A stretch of 64,000 nucleotides of DNA from an uncultured virus (IMG/VR IMGVR_UViG_3300037237_000057) (Duplodnaviria > Heunggongvirae > Uroviricota > Caudoviricetes): IMG/VR virus record IMGVR_UViG_3300037237_000057, one strand, 5' to 3'. The position numbers and the translations under genes are program-made. Shown one piece after another: positions 51,023 to 59,579 of this stretch; position 1 is the first letter of the stretch, and each line of letters starts with the position of its first letter. The notes under the pieces were generated by a model that saw only the letters and a list, made by a program, of their open reading frames with translations, was not told where the DNA came from and made no database searches.

Positions 51023-53611
51023 TTATTGCGGTGTTAGAAACTTTGCTACTTTGTCGACGAGCTCTTTTCCTGCACTTACCTGTCCAGCAATCGAGTCACT
51101 CGGTCCCAGCGGAGGCATCTTACTTTGCTTCGAGAGATTGGCCATCGCGCCCATTGCATCTTGGAGGGCTGCTGCTTCCAACTGCTGCACCGTTGGGTTC
51201 GGCTGCGGCGGAGGCGGCTGCCCTTCCTTCTGGGCCTGCATGGCCAACTTGTTCATGTATCCCTTAACTTGCGACTGGTAATCGATGGCAAGCCGTTTGA
51301 ATGCAATGATATTAGCCCATCCCATCGGATTTTGGGCCTTCACGTCGCAGTTTTCTGCACAGAATTGGTCAATGGTTGGAAGAAGAATCGAGTAATCCTC
51401 CACCCACTTGTTCGGCGCGATCGACGGCTGGAACATCGGAGAGCCATCGTCCGGGTCGGTCATCTGCTTGCCATTCGGCCCAATCTTCGGCGTGGGAGGC
51501 GTCTGGAGCAACCGGCGAATGTCCTGAAGGGTCTTCGAACGCTGTGCCGCGCCGGGAGCAACCGACCCAGGCAGGCCCCAGTAATCGTTGAGTAGTTGCT
51601 GGTTGGCGGTCTCATCGAGCCATGCAATTGCAGCCGGATTCTCTTTCTCGGCCATCTCCATGATGGTTTCGCACCACTGGCGCTTCTGCTCAGGCGTCAT
51701 CGGCAGGCCTTCATCGGTGTTGGCCTTGACTCTTACCCTGCCCTGCATTTCGTCCAGATGGACGTAGTTGTTGCGGAACTCTGACCCGTTCTCCTCAATC
51801 ACCGACCAGAGCGAGCCAGTGTAGCTCATATTGGCCTGGAGGCATTCAATCGCGTTCTGGCCGGCTGCCGCGTGCTCCTCCTTCATGGAGTCGTAGATGT
51901 CGCCAAGTGGGCCCATAGCCTGATCAAGCATCTGTTTCTGACCCTTGCCGGTCTCAACTCCCTCCTGTGTGCCGGTGCCAGAGACCTGTGGGGGGATGCC
52001 CGAGATGATCTGGCAATAATTCCAGAGACGGTCGAGATAGTTCATCAGCCCGGGGTCCATCTGGAACTGGAAATGAAAGATGGCATTTCCAAGGGGCTGC
52101 GTCACACCCTCACCGACTGATGGGGTGGGGTTGAGCACTCCACCAGTCAGAGGCTTCCCGCTCATCTCTCGAATGTCGATGCGGCGCGGATCGACGAGAG
52201 TGATGCCTGTCGAGCACCGCTCCATGTAGTCGTCGAGGATGTTGTTGATGGCGTTGAACCGCTCATTGAACGGGACCACGTTATCAGCCACGCTTGGCGG
52301 ATAGAGCCCGTAGCCGCGGTGCAGCTTGCAGCAGGACCATTCTTTGATGAGCACGGCAGGCTCGATGTTGAGCACCAGAGGCCCGTACATGGAAATCTTT
52401 AGGCCATAAGGGAATTTGGCCTGCAGGAGCCGGATAAACTCGTCGTCGTTGCGAATCCGGTAGTACGAATTCGGCTGGACCCAGATGAGCGAGTAGGTGC
52501 CGCGCGCCGAAAAGATGTCGGCAGTGACCGAGAATGAAGACGAGAAGACCATCGTTCGAACAAGCCTTTCGTAACTGGCATTGTCGTTTGTGGCGCTCTC
52601 TACGCCCTCCTCAATCTCGTTAGCCATGTCGGGGAAAGTGGCGCGAATGTCTGAAGCATCTGCCTCCCACTCAAGGGCCAGCAGGGGCACATCCTCCAAA
52701 TACTCTTTGGTGGGGTCGGTATCGATCTGGAGCGGGGAGTAGATGCTCCACTTGGGCAGCCCGTTCGGCTTCTTCTTGGTGCCGACCTGGCCAATGACGC
52801 TCGAGGTCTCGCCCTGCTGGAAGTCTTGGGGATTGAGCGGAGCTCCGCACTGCGGGCACTTCATGGACCCAGACTGCGCAACTGCGCTCTCGGGGCTGTC
52901 CTGACCGCAATTCAGACAATGGAAGTGATCTTGAGAGATTTGCGCCTGGACCGGGCCGTAGACAGGTTCGTCCTTGTAACCCACCCAGGTCCCGTCGACC
53001 ACGAAGCGGGTCCACTTGAAATAGACGCCATAGAGGAAGAGATATTGTGATTCCAGCCCGAGCAGGCCCTTGACCTTGTTTGCCTCCTCGATGATGCTGA
53101 TGGCCTCTTGGGCAGCTTTGGCTGTCGTCATGTCAGCCAGATTCTCGGCATTCTCGGGGCGAATGACTACCGGGGGCACCGCGCGCGCGACCGCGGAAGC
53201 AAAGTTGCGCCGGCAGGTCTGGGTGATGTTGTTGATGTACTTTTCGAGATAGCTGTAATCGGTCTCCTGATTGTTCTGCCGGTACCAGGCAACCGCATCG
53301 AAGTAGGTCCGGGAGATAGGGTCCCATCCAAGAATCTGCTTGCCTTTGTCGTACTCTGTGTTTTTCAACCAATTCGGCATCTTCATAATGCGATCGGTTG
53401 ACCATTGGGTACGGAATGGCGAGATGATCTCGGCTACAATCCTGTCCTCTTGCTCTTTGGTCAGCCCAGACTTCCGCGCTACGGCGTCCTTGTCGCCGCG
53501 CTGGGGATTCTGCGGGGTGCTCTCAGCGTTGACGAGGGGAGTCTGTTGCTGGCCTTGCATCTGTGGCATTCCGCCAGACTGCATGGTTAGAACGGGAGGG
53601 CTAGCCGCCAT
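51023..53611 (-). CDS. Portal protein
   Basis: 862 aa with YINNIT, RPENAENLADMTTAKAA, ISGIPPQVSG, ETGKGQ and a Gln/Pro-rich tail, resembling P22-like portals; carries a CxxC..CxxC insertion. Confidence 0.8.
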   Translation of the reverse strand: MAASPPVLTMQSGGMPQMQGQQQTPLVNAESTPQNPQRGDKDAVARKSGLTKEQEDRIVAEIISPFRTQWSTDRIMKMPNWLKNTEYDKGKQILGWDPISRTYFDAVAWYRQNNQETDYSYLEKYINNITQTCRRNFASAVARAVPPVVIRPENAENLADMTTAKAAQEAISIIEEANKVKGLLGLESQYLFLYGVYFKWTRFVVDGTWVGYKDEPVYGPVQAQISQDHFHCLNCGQDSPESAVAQSGSMKCPQCGAPLNPQDFQQGETSSVIGQVGTKKKPNGLPKWSIYSPLQIDTDPTKEYLEDVPLLALEWEADASDIRATFPDMANEIEEGVESATNDNASYERLVRTMVFSSSFSVTADIFSARGTYSLIWVQPNSYYRIRNDDEFIRLLQAKFPYGLKISMYGPLVLNIEPAVLIKEWSCCKLHRGYGLYPPSVADNVVPFNERFNAINNILDDYMERCSTGITLVDPRRIDIREMSGKPLTGGVLNPTPSVGEGVTQPLGNAIFHFQFQMDPGLMNYLDRLWNYCQIISGIPPQVSGTGTQEGVETGKGQKQMLDQAMGPLGDIYDSMKEEHAAAGQNAIECLQANMSYTGSLWSVIEENGSEFRNNYVHLDEMQGRVRVKANTDEGLPMTPEQKRQWCETIMEMAEKENPAAIAWLDETANQQLLNDYWGLPGSVAPGAAQRSKTLQDIRRLLQTPPTPKIGPNGKQMTDPDDGSPMFQPSIAPNKWVEDYSILLPTIDQFCAENCDVKAQNPMGWANIIAFKRLAIDYQSQVKGYMNKLAMQAQKEGQPPPPQPNPTVQQLEAAALQDAMGAMANLSKQSKMPPLGPSDSIAGQVSAGKELVDKVAKFLTPQ

Positions 53612-53921
53612 TGACTTCCTTCTTTATATGCAGGAGTTTGTCGCGTGCTTCTTGCAAGACCTTCGCCGGGCTTGGTCCACCCGTCTGCGATGCCTTGAAT
53701 GCGTCTCGATTGGCAATGCCGATGACGTTTGCAATGGTCGGCCTGCCGCCTATGGGCTGGATGGTTGAGAGATCCGTATTCTCGTCGAGAGCAAGGGGAG
53801 CCGGTTCGCGCTGGAGGTAATCGAGAAACTTCTGGCGCATGGATTCGAGTGCCTCCTCGGCCTTCTGCGCCCGTGTCCGTTCCTCGTCAAACCTCTCGCG
53901 CGAGACGAATGGGAATCTCAT
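53601..53921 (-). CDS. Hypothetical protein
   Basis: 106 aa starting MRFPFVSRERF; coupled to portal. Confidence 0.6.
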   Translation of the reverse strand: MRFPFVSRERFDEERTRAQKAEEALESMRQKFLDYLQREPAPLALDENTDLSTIQPIGGRPTIANVIGIANRDAFKASQTGGPSPAKVLQEARDKLLHIKKEVNGG

Positions 53922-54334
53922 TAGTTGTATTCCGTGACCAGCACGCTGGTTGCAGCCGCCGTGCCCGAGCGAAGCTGAATCATGGTTGTAGCCGCGGTGA
54001 GACCTGGGGGGTTGTTGCCGACAATCGGCTGCCCGAGTTGGCCGATAATCTCACCCTGATACATGCGCTGTGCAATCGCTGATCCGAGCGCAATGGGAAG
54101 TGAGCCTTCGGGACCCGTGGCGCGAAAGATGGTAGTGAATCCGAGCACAGAGTTGTCGTCGGGAATTCTGTAATCAATCACTCCCTGGGGCGTGCTGGCC
54201 ACTCCCTCGGCATTGATGGCGCTCTCTTTGATGAGGAGACCGCGCACCGTAGACTTGGCCAGCACGGAGACAAATGCTCCGGCGCTGCCGTTGAGATCGA
54301 GAATGTACTCGTTGCCTGCCTGGCCCTGGGGCAT
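53921..54334 (-). CDS. Hypothetical beta-rich protein
   Basis: 137 aa in an operon chain. Confidence 0.55.
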   Translation of the reverse strand: MPQGQAGNEYILDLNGSAGAFVSVLAKSTVRGLLIKESAINAEGVASTPQGVIDYRIPDDNSVLGFTTIFRATGPEGSLPIALGSAIAQRMYQGEIIGQLGQPIVGNNPPGLTAATTMIQLRSGTAAATSVLVTEYN

Positions 54335-54706
54335 CTATTTGCCTGCTTTCTTGGCCGTAATCCGCTTGCCCGGCCGCATCTGTCCCTTTTCCGGGACGTT
54401 GGTGGGGGTCTCGTCGGGAGCCTGAGAACTCTTGCCTGCGGGTTTCATCCAACTCTTTTTCATGGTTGCCTCTTTTTTCTCCCCTTTACGATTAACGTAC
54501 TCGCAGCAGCCGCCCGGGTCCACGACTACGCGCCCATTCTCAGTCTTCGGCAGCTTTGAGCGTTCCATCATCGTAGACTGGCCGCACGAGCCTTTCGAAT
54601 AGAATTCACAGTTGGAGCAAGAAAAAGGACCCTTTTCGGGTCCTTCATAGCCTGTACCGGCCTCGCCCTTTACGTGCGAGGAGTCTATCTGGATTTCCTT
54701 CAACAT
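54335..54706 (-). CDS. Small protein with HiPIP-like Cys pattern and basic tail
   Basis: Likely start at 54706; CSNCEFY....C...VDPGGCC. Confidence 0.5.
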   Translation of the reverse strand: MLKEIQIDSSHVKGEAGTGYEGPEKGPFSCSNCEFYSKGSCGQSTMMERSKLPKTENGRVVVDPGGCCEYVNRKGEKKEATMKKSWMKPAGKSSQAPDETPTNVPEKGQMRPGKRITAKKAGK

Positions 54707-55137
54707 GACGTGTTGAACAGAACAACCTCCCTGGCACGCCTCGCTGCGAGTCCTGCCGACTGAACTTCTACGCCCTTTACTTCTTCCCAATCCCATCGCG
54801 GCATCTGAACAGGGACTTGATCCCATCCATGAGAGAGCATCACCGCAAAGTTGGCGGGCCCTTCGTTGTAGCAGAAGTCAGCGCAAGCATCATACTGATT
54901 TTGATTGGCTGTGGGTGGAAGAAGTCGATTGAGTGTCGGCTCAAACCGCGTTGATAGATCGGCAATCAGGAGAGCAACAGCCGCTTGCTGCGTGATGCCG
55001 TTTGCATAATTCGCAGAGTCTCCCGCCTGTAGATCGTGACCGTAACCGATTTGCTGCTTGCTATTGTCCGCAGCGATCTTCAGTGAAAGACCTTCGCTGC
55101 TTTCGATCAGTTCCAGTCCAGTCTGGCTCGTCTTCAT
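54700..55137 (-). CDS. Endolysin, GH24 lysozyme
   Basis: MKTSQTGLELIESSEG, IGYGH, QNQYDA..DF.YN.G, GLAARRAREVVLF. Confidence 0.9.
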   Translation of the reverse strand: MKTSQTGLELIESSEGLSLKIAADNSKQQIGYGHDLQAGDSANYANGITQQAAVALLIADLSTRFEPTLNRLLPPTANQNQYDACADFCYNEGPANFAVMLSHGWDQVPVQMPRWDWEEVKGVEVQSAGLAARRAREVVLFNTSC

Positions 55138-55213
55138 CTGGCTCCCATTCGTCTCTAAGCATTCCAATGCAGAGGACCGCCAAAATCAGGAAGATCGCGG
55201 CGATCCCCTTCAT
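55061..55213 (-). CDS. 50-aa membrane-anchored peptide overlapping the lysin start (not in ORF track)
   Basis: MKGIAAIFLILAVLCIGMLRDEWEPDEDEP... Confidence 0.35.
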   Translation of the reverse strand: MKGIAAIFLILAVLCIGMLRDEWEPDEDEPDWTGTDRKQRRSFTEDRCGQ

Positions 55214-55219
55214 TGTCTA

Positions 55220-55462
55220 TTATCCAACCGTTTCAGCGATCAGCGCGGAAATCTTGCCTTTCACGGTTTCGGCCGATATGAAAAACGGGGTATTCATCAC
55301 TTGGATGGTAAGCGTCGGGTCAATGTAGTGCCACTGAACCTGAACGCCGAACTTGCTGGCTTGGCCGCTTTCTCCCACAATGGGCACTCCAGCGGCTTGA
55401 GCCTTGGCAACAAGCGCAGCATATTGCGTGGGGTTAATGGTGAATACCTGTGGGGCGTTCAT
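55220..55462 (-). CDS. Hypothetical protein
   Basis: 80 aa, coupled to the upstream gene. Confidence 0.6.
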   Translation of the reverse strand: MNAPQVFTINPTQYAALVAKAQAAGVPIVGESGQASKFGVQVQWHYIDPTLTIQVMNTPFFISAETVKGKISALIAETVG

Positions 55463-55980
55463 TAGACCTTCGCCACGCCCAGCGTTGGATTTGCGGCAGA
55501 TGCATCATTCCATGTCTTCTTGTACTGGCTCTCAGGTGAGTGGAAGATGCTGCGCTTGAAGCTCGGGACGAGTACCTGAACCTTGGCTGTCGTCTCCGCA
55601 ATCACTTGCGCAGCGTACATGGCCTGCGTCTCTTCATGCACAGGTACGCCAGCGGGAGGAGCCGGTGCCGGGGAGTTGCCGGTCACAATCCCAATCACGG
55701 TTATGATGCCGCCGAGGATGATGTTGACGAACAGTTGATCCACATCGGGAATGGGCAGCAGTTTGACGGCACCCTGGAAATCTCCGAGGAGTTCGATGAC
55801 CTCTTGCGCCACGGTTCCGCTCTGCCAGTTCTGCAAAGCTGCGAGGGCGGCATTGTAGGCTGTTATGACAGCAATGCCAGCCGTCGTGTTGGTGAGTTTG
55901 GTTGCGGCGAGAATCGAGACTAGAGTCGGCTCGATGCCTTCCATCATTGCGATTGCTGTTTTGACCGCTGCTACACACAT
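55462..55980 (-). CDS. Putative membrane protein in lysis cluster
   Basis: ATG 55980 after AAGGAG; hydrophobic LFVNIILGGIITVIGIV. Confidence 0.6.
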   Translation of the reverse strand: MCVAAVKTAIAMMEGIEPTLVSILAATKLTNTTAGIAVITAYNAALAALQNWQSGTVAQEVIELLGDFQGAVKLLPIPDVDQLFVNIILGGIITVIGIVTGNSPAPAPPAGVPVHEETQAMYAAQVIAETTAKVQVLVPSFKRSIFHSPESQYKKTWNDASAANPTLGVAKV

Positions 55981-55996
55981 GATGATTCTCCTTTTC

Positions 55997-56293
55997 TTAA
56001 AGTGCCGACAGTTCTTGAATTTGGCGCAATCTTTCACGAAGATCCTCATAATAGCAATCATTCTCTGCGCACCTGTATACCTCAACATCATTCCCCATGC
56101 CGGAAAGAGTCAAGGTGCCAACCTGGATGCAGTTGACGATACCGTTATACCTGCGTTCTTCACACCCGACGCCGTGAACCGGGCCAGACTCAACTTCGGG
56201 CAGCTTTACGTGTTCCTTGCCACCCCAGAAGAAGTGATCTCCAACTTCCAATTCGGAAAAGCGAAGAGTCTTGGGATGATGCTGTTTTGGCAT
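55997..56293 (-). CDS. Hypothetical protein
   Basis: AGGAGG RBS; FSELEVGDHF motif. Confidence 0.55.
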   Translation of the reverse strand: MPKQHHPKTLRFSELEVGDHFFWGGKEHVKLPEVESGPVHGVGCEERRYNGIVNCIQVGTLTLSGMGNDVEVYRCAENDCYYEDLRERLRQIQELSAL

Positions 56294-56301
56294 AAAGCCT
56301 C

Positions 56302-56544
56302 CTATTTATTGCGGTCATAAAGGAAATCATCAACTGCTAACTGCCGTTTCCCGAAGTCTGGGTGCATATCGCCTCTCCATGCACTTGGTTGGCCTTGATG
56401 AGCCTCCCCTAAAATCAGCAGCACAGCGCGATAGATCATCGGTTTCCAGCTAGAAAACCAACAACAGCTAGGATTGGCCAGCACCATGGCGGCTCTCGTT
56501 AGGCCGTCTTTATAGCCCCGCTCGTATTCTATCGCCGCTTTCAT
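56302..56544 (-). CDS. Hypothetical protein
   Basis: YERGYKDG motif; ATGA coupling. Confidence 0.55.
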   Translation of the reverse strand: MKAAIEYERGYKDGLTRAAMVLANPSCCWFSSWKPMIYRAVLLILGEAHQGQPSAWRGDMHPDFGKRQLAVDDFLYDRNK

Positions 56545-56915
56545 TCTGTCGGCTCCTTGACTGCCGGGGGCGGCAAGATCACTGTGGTCCTCGACAGCGT
56601 TGTAGCTACCGCCGTAGCTTCCGATTCATTCGGTAACGGAGATTTTACGAGAACCGATGCAGGCCCAGCGGAGGCATCAGAAAGAATGTTCTTTGCCGCG
56701 CCTTGGCTTGAGCTGTCACGGCTATATTTCATAATGATTCCGGCAATCAATATCACGTTGGCGATGATCTTCGGGTGGTGGACGAAAGCAGAAACGAGCA
56801 GACTGCGTACCTGTTCGTCAGAGGTGATGAGGGTCGCCCCGGCGATTAAAAAGGCGACGATAGTGTGACTCGTAATGTTCTTAGACTTAAACCAAGCAAC
56901 AATGCTGTTCATCAC
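56541..56915 (-). CDS. Putative holin (two TM helices)
   Basis: WFKSK N-terminal motif and two hydrophobic helices; in the lysis cluster. Confidence 0.55.
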   Translation of the reverse strand: MMNSIVAWFKSKNITSHTIVAFLIAGATLITSDEQVRSLLVSAFVHHPKIIANVILIAGIIMKYSRDSSSQGAAKNILSDASAGPASVLVKSPLPNESEATAVATTLSRTTVILPPPAVKEPTE

Positions 56916-57688
56916 GCCGCCTTCATTGCCGCCACAAGGCTGTTGAGGTTGATACCCAGCGGGTCCACGTTCTGTTGGTTGAGGAAGGTATCAGAGACCA
57001 CAATATAGCCCTCGTCGATGTAACTCCCCATGAAGCCAGCCGACGCCGGGATAAATAATCCCCAAGAGCGCATCTTTGCGCCTTGCGATCCCTCACCCGC
57101 CTGATCGATGCAGTGGCCCCCAGCGGATGGCAGTCCGGGCGCAAAGTTCCAGTTTGTTGTATCGTCCTCGCATTGCTGTGGACATTGAATGCCCAAGTAG
57201 CTGCCCCCGAAGGTATATGCCGCCCAGCGCATCAGAGCGAAGCTGGAAATATCGAGCGATGCCCATCCAACTATCTGGCTTAACCGGCTCTTGCCTGAGC
57301 GCGTGGTGACCTCGAAGCCGGTATTCTTCCAATAATCAAGCGCGATAGTCAAAACGCCGCCGTTGTCGGTTGGATTGTTTCCTGATGGCCCTGCGTTTGG
57401 ATCGAACCCCGTCACGGCACTGTAGAGAGCGAGTGCCTGAGCCGTGGTGGGCACAATCGGGTCTGACGGGTCGGCATTGTTGCTCTGTATCTGAGCAAGA
57501 CCGTAGGCACCCGCAAATGGACAGTCGCCCCAAAGATCGTTTCCGAGCACGCTCATCTCCGATTGCGGTACCGCGAATTCCCATCCCTGAGCAGGCACCG
57601 GAGGCCAAGTGGCAACCGCCGTCATGTGGTCAGACAGCGCAACGTGGGTTGGTTTGTGAACTGGGGCGAGCTTGCCAAGTTTAAGCAT
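56912..57688 (-). CDS. Papain-like cysteine peptidase
   Basis: GNDLWGDC (Cys), GGHC (His) and SWG motifs; AGGAGG RBS. Confidence 0.65.
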   Translation of the reverse strand: MLKLGKLAPVHKPTHVALSDHMTAVATWPPVPAQGWEFAVPQSEMSVLGNDLWGDCPFAGAYGLAQIQSNNADPSDPIVPTTAQALALYSAVTGFDPNAGPSGNNPTDNGGVLTIALDYWKNTGFEVTTRSGKSRLSQIVGWASLDISSFALMRWAAYTFGGSYLGIQCPQQCEDDTTNWNFAPGLPSAGGHCIDQAGEGSQGAKMRSWGLFIPASAGFMGSYIDEGYIVVSDTFLNQQNVDPLGINLNSLVAAMKAA

Positions 57689-57698
57689 TTCTATCCTC

Positions 57699-58088
57699 CT
57701 AATGTGAAGATTCTACTGCTTCCGGGGGCTTCGGGGTGTGGGAACTCTCAGCCGATGGCATATCAGCGGCGTATTGCTGAAATCCATGACTGAATTCAGG
57801 CTGCACCGTCTTCTTCGCTGCCATCAGGTCGCGGACCAGCCGCTGCGTCTGGGCAGGCTGCACCACATTGATTACCTTGACTTGAGCGCTTAGGGTGTCG
57901 ATCTGGCGCTGGAGGTCTGTCACGCGCTGGTCATGCTGCGTTGCGGTTGCGGTAATCTTCGCATCCTCTTCCGCAAACTTGCTGTTGAGCCATACCGCAC
58001 CGCCCCAGACTGAGCCTCCAAAGCCGCCAAGGATTGTCACCACGGCAAGGATAAGGGGGATCTGAGACGTGTTGGCCCGTGTGGTCAC
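57699..58088 (-). CDS. TM + coiled-coil protein (possible inner-membrane spanin)
   Basis: GTG start at 58088; IPLILAVVTILGGFGGSVWGGAVWL followed by heptads. Confidence 0.45.
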   Translation of the reverse strand: MTTRANTSQIPLILAVVTILGGFGGSVWGGAVWLNSKFAEEDAKITATATQHDQRVTDLQRQIDTLSAQVKVINVVQPAQTQRLVRDLMAAKKTVQPEFSHGFQQYAADMPSAESSHTPKPPEAVESSH

Positions 58089-58282
58089 TTGTTTTCGCCT
58101 CTCTTGTTCAGCCTGTCGCAAAGATCATAGGCCATCTGACCGGGGTTAATCTCCGCTGGCATGGACGCCCAAAATGATGCTACGGTCTGATTCGGCTCGG
58201 GCGCATACTGGGTGTCCCGCACATCCCACCAGTCGTTACCGTCTTTGACCGGCTTGGTCACGATATACCGCTGCGTGGTCAT
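58085..58282 (-). CDS. Hypothetical protein
   Basis: 65 aa, coupled; CDRLN end typical of small phage genes. Confidence 0.55.
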   Translation of the reverse strand: MTTQRYIVTKPVKDGNDWWDVRDTQYAPEPNQTVASFWASMPAEINPGQMAYDLCDRLNKRGENK

Positions 58283-58443
58283 GTGGTCAGCCCTCTCTCT
58301 TTCCGTTGGTATTTCTGCGCAATGGCCAGCAGCTCAGCTTCTTTCTTGAGCCATGCTTGATACTCAGCGTGGGTCATGGTGCTGCCAGTGGCGACGGCGA
58401 CCAGAGGGCCTGTAGGATAGCCGGGTTTGGTTGGCTGGATCAT
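58279..58443 (-). CDS. Hypothetical protein
   Basis: Likely ATG at 58443 (ATGA coupling at both ends). Confidence 0.45.
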   Translation of the reverse strand: MIQPTKPGYPTGPLVAVATGSTMTHAEYQAWLKKEAELLAIAQKYQRKERGLTT

Positions 58444-58667
58444 ATGTGAACTCCGCTGGCATGAAGGATCATATCCGCTATGATAGTAGCGAAAATTCCT
58501 ACAAGCAGCCAAACCATTTTGCTGAGATTTGAAGAAATTCCAGATATCGTAACTTCAGTCAACGTGACGCGAGTAGCGAGAGAAGGTTCACTCTTGCCCC
58601 TGTCAATCATCACAAAGTCGTGAAGTTTCTCGAATTCTCGATTTAGATGTTCCAAGTCCGCCACCAT
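58440..58667 (-). CDS. XhlA/holin-like protein (coiled coil + C-terminal TM)
   Basis: SLATRVTLTE...KMVWLLVGIFATIIA. Confidence 0.55.
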   Translation of the reverse strand: MVADLEHLNREFEKLHDFVMIDRGKSEPSLATRVTLTEVTISGISSNLSKMVWLLVGIFATIIADMILHASGVHI

Positions 58668-58673
58668 GTCCCC

Positions 58674-59579
58674 CTAGTTCACCAGTTGAGGTTGAGAAAT
58701 CTGGTCGCCGGTCGCTGAACCATTGGCGTCGATCACAAAGCCACTATAACCAGTAGTGTACGGCGAAGATGAATCAGTCACAGTACCACAGAGTACACCA
58801 TTGCGATAGACACTGATTGCAATAGACTTTTCTGCCACAATCACCGCGCTGGCCCTGAAGACGCTGGTGGCCGTAAAGCCTGCGCTGCAGACGGCGGTGC
58901 CGATGGATTTGCATACCCCGGCTGTGCATTTGGTAACTTGCTGGTTGTCGCCGGAATTGTTGAGACTGACCGAGTATCCGTTGCCTGCAGCGGTCGTTGA
59001 AAGCAATCCCTGAATCGCGCCAAGACCGTCAACCGCAGCCACGGTGAACTGAATAGAGGGCGTCAGCGATGCCGGGCAGGATGTGAGGATAGCCCCGCCG
59101 CCGCGATATTTGGCATTAGCCTGCGCGACGCCAAGATCTTGCACCACACTGCCCCCGCCGATTGAGAACCCGGCAGGCTGCGTCCAGTTGGCGGAATTTA
59201 GAGCCGCCCCCAAGGCCCCGCTGAACGGATCGGTGAAGGGGGCGCAGGTGCCAGGTGGAGGCGGTGGAGGCGGAGGCGTGGTGCCGGTAGGGTAGGTGAT
59301 TGTCACTGTTCCCGAAACTGGCATATTCCCGCTGATGTCTGTTCCTGAGACGCCCAGCGCTCCTGAGAGAGTTCCGGTAACGGTCGCTGTCGCCGGCGGG
59401 GATGCAGTGCCGGTTGGATATGTGACCGCTACGGTCCCCGAGACGGGCATACTCCCGGTAACACCAGTACCTTGAACGGTCAGTGTCCCCGTGAGGATCC
59501 CAGTAACGGTCGTCGTCTGGGCGTGAGCGATAGCAGCGAACAGAAACAAGCCTGCGAGTATCTTCATGGGTATCCTCAT
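58674..59579 (-). CDS. Signal-peptide-bearing protein: two Thr/Gly beta repeats, poly-Pro linker, lectin/ConA-like domain
   Basis: MRIPMKILAGLFLFAAIAHA-Q; ATGA coupling; C-terminal VYRNG...VTDSS.PYTTGYSG. Confidence 0.75.
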   Translation of the reverse strand: MRIPMKILAGLFLFAAIAHAQTTTVTGILTGTLTVQGTGVTGSMPVSGTVAVTYPTGTASPPATATVTGTLSGALGVSGTDISGNMPVSGTVTITYPTGTTPPPPPPPPGTCAPFTDPFSGALGAALNSANWTQPAGFSIGGGSVVQDLGVAQANAKYRGGGAILTSCPASLTPSIQFTVAAVDGLGAIQGLLSTTAAGNGYSVSLNNSGDNQQVTKCTAGVCKSIGTAVCSAGFTATSVFRASAVIVAEKSIAISVYRNGVLCGTVTDSSSPYTTGYSGFVIDANGSATGDQISQPQLVN

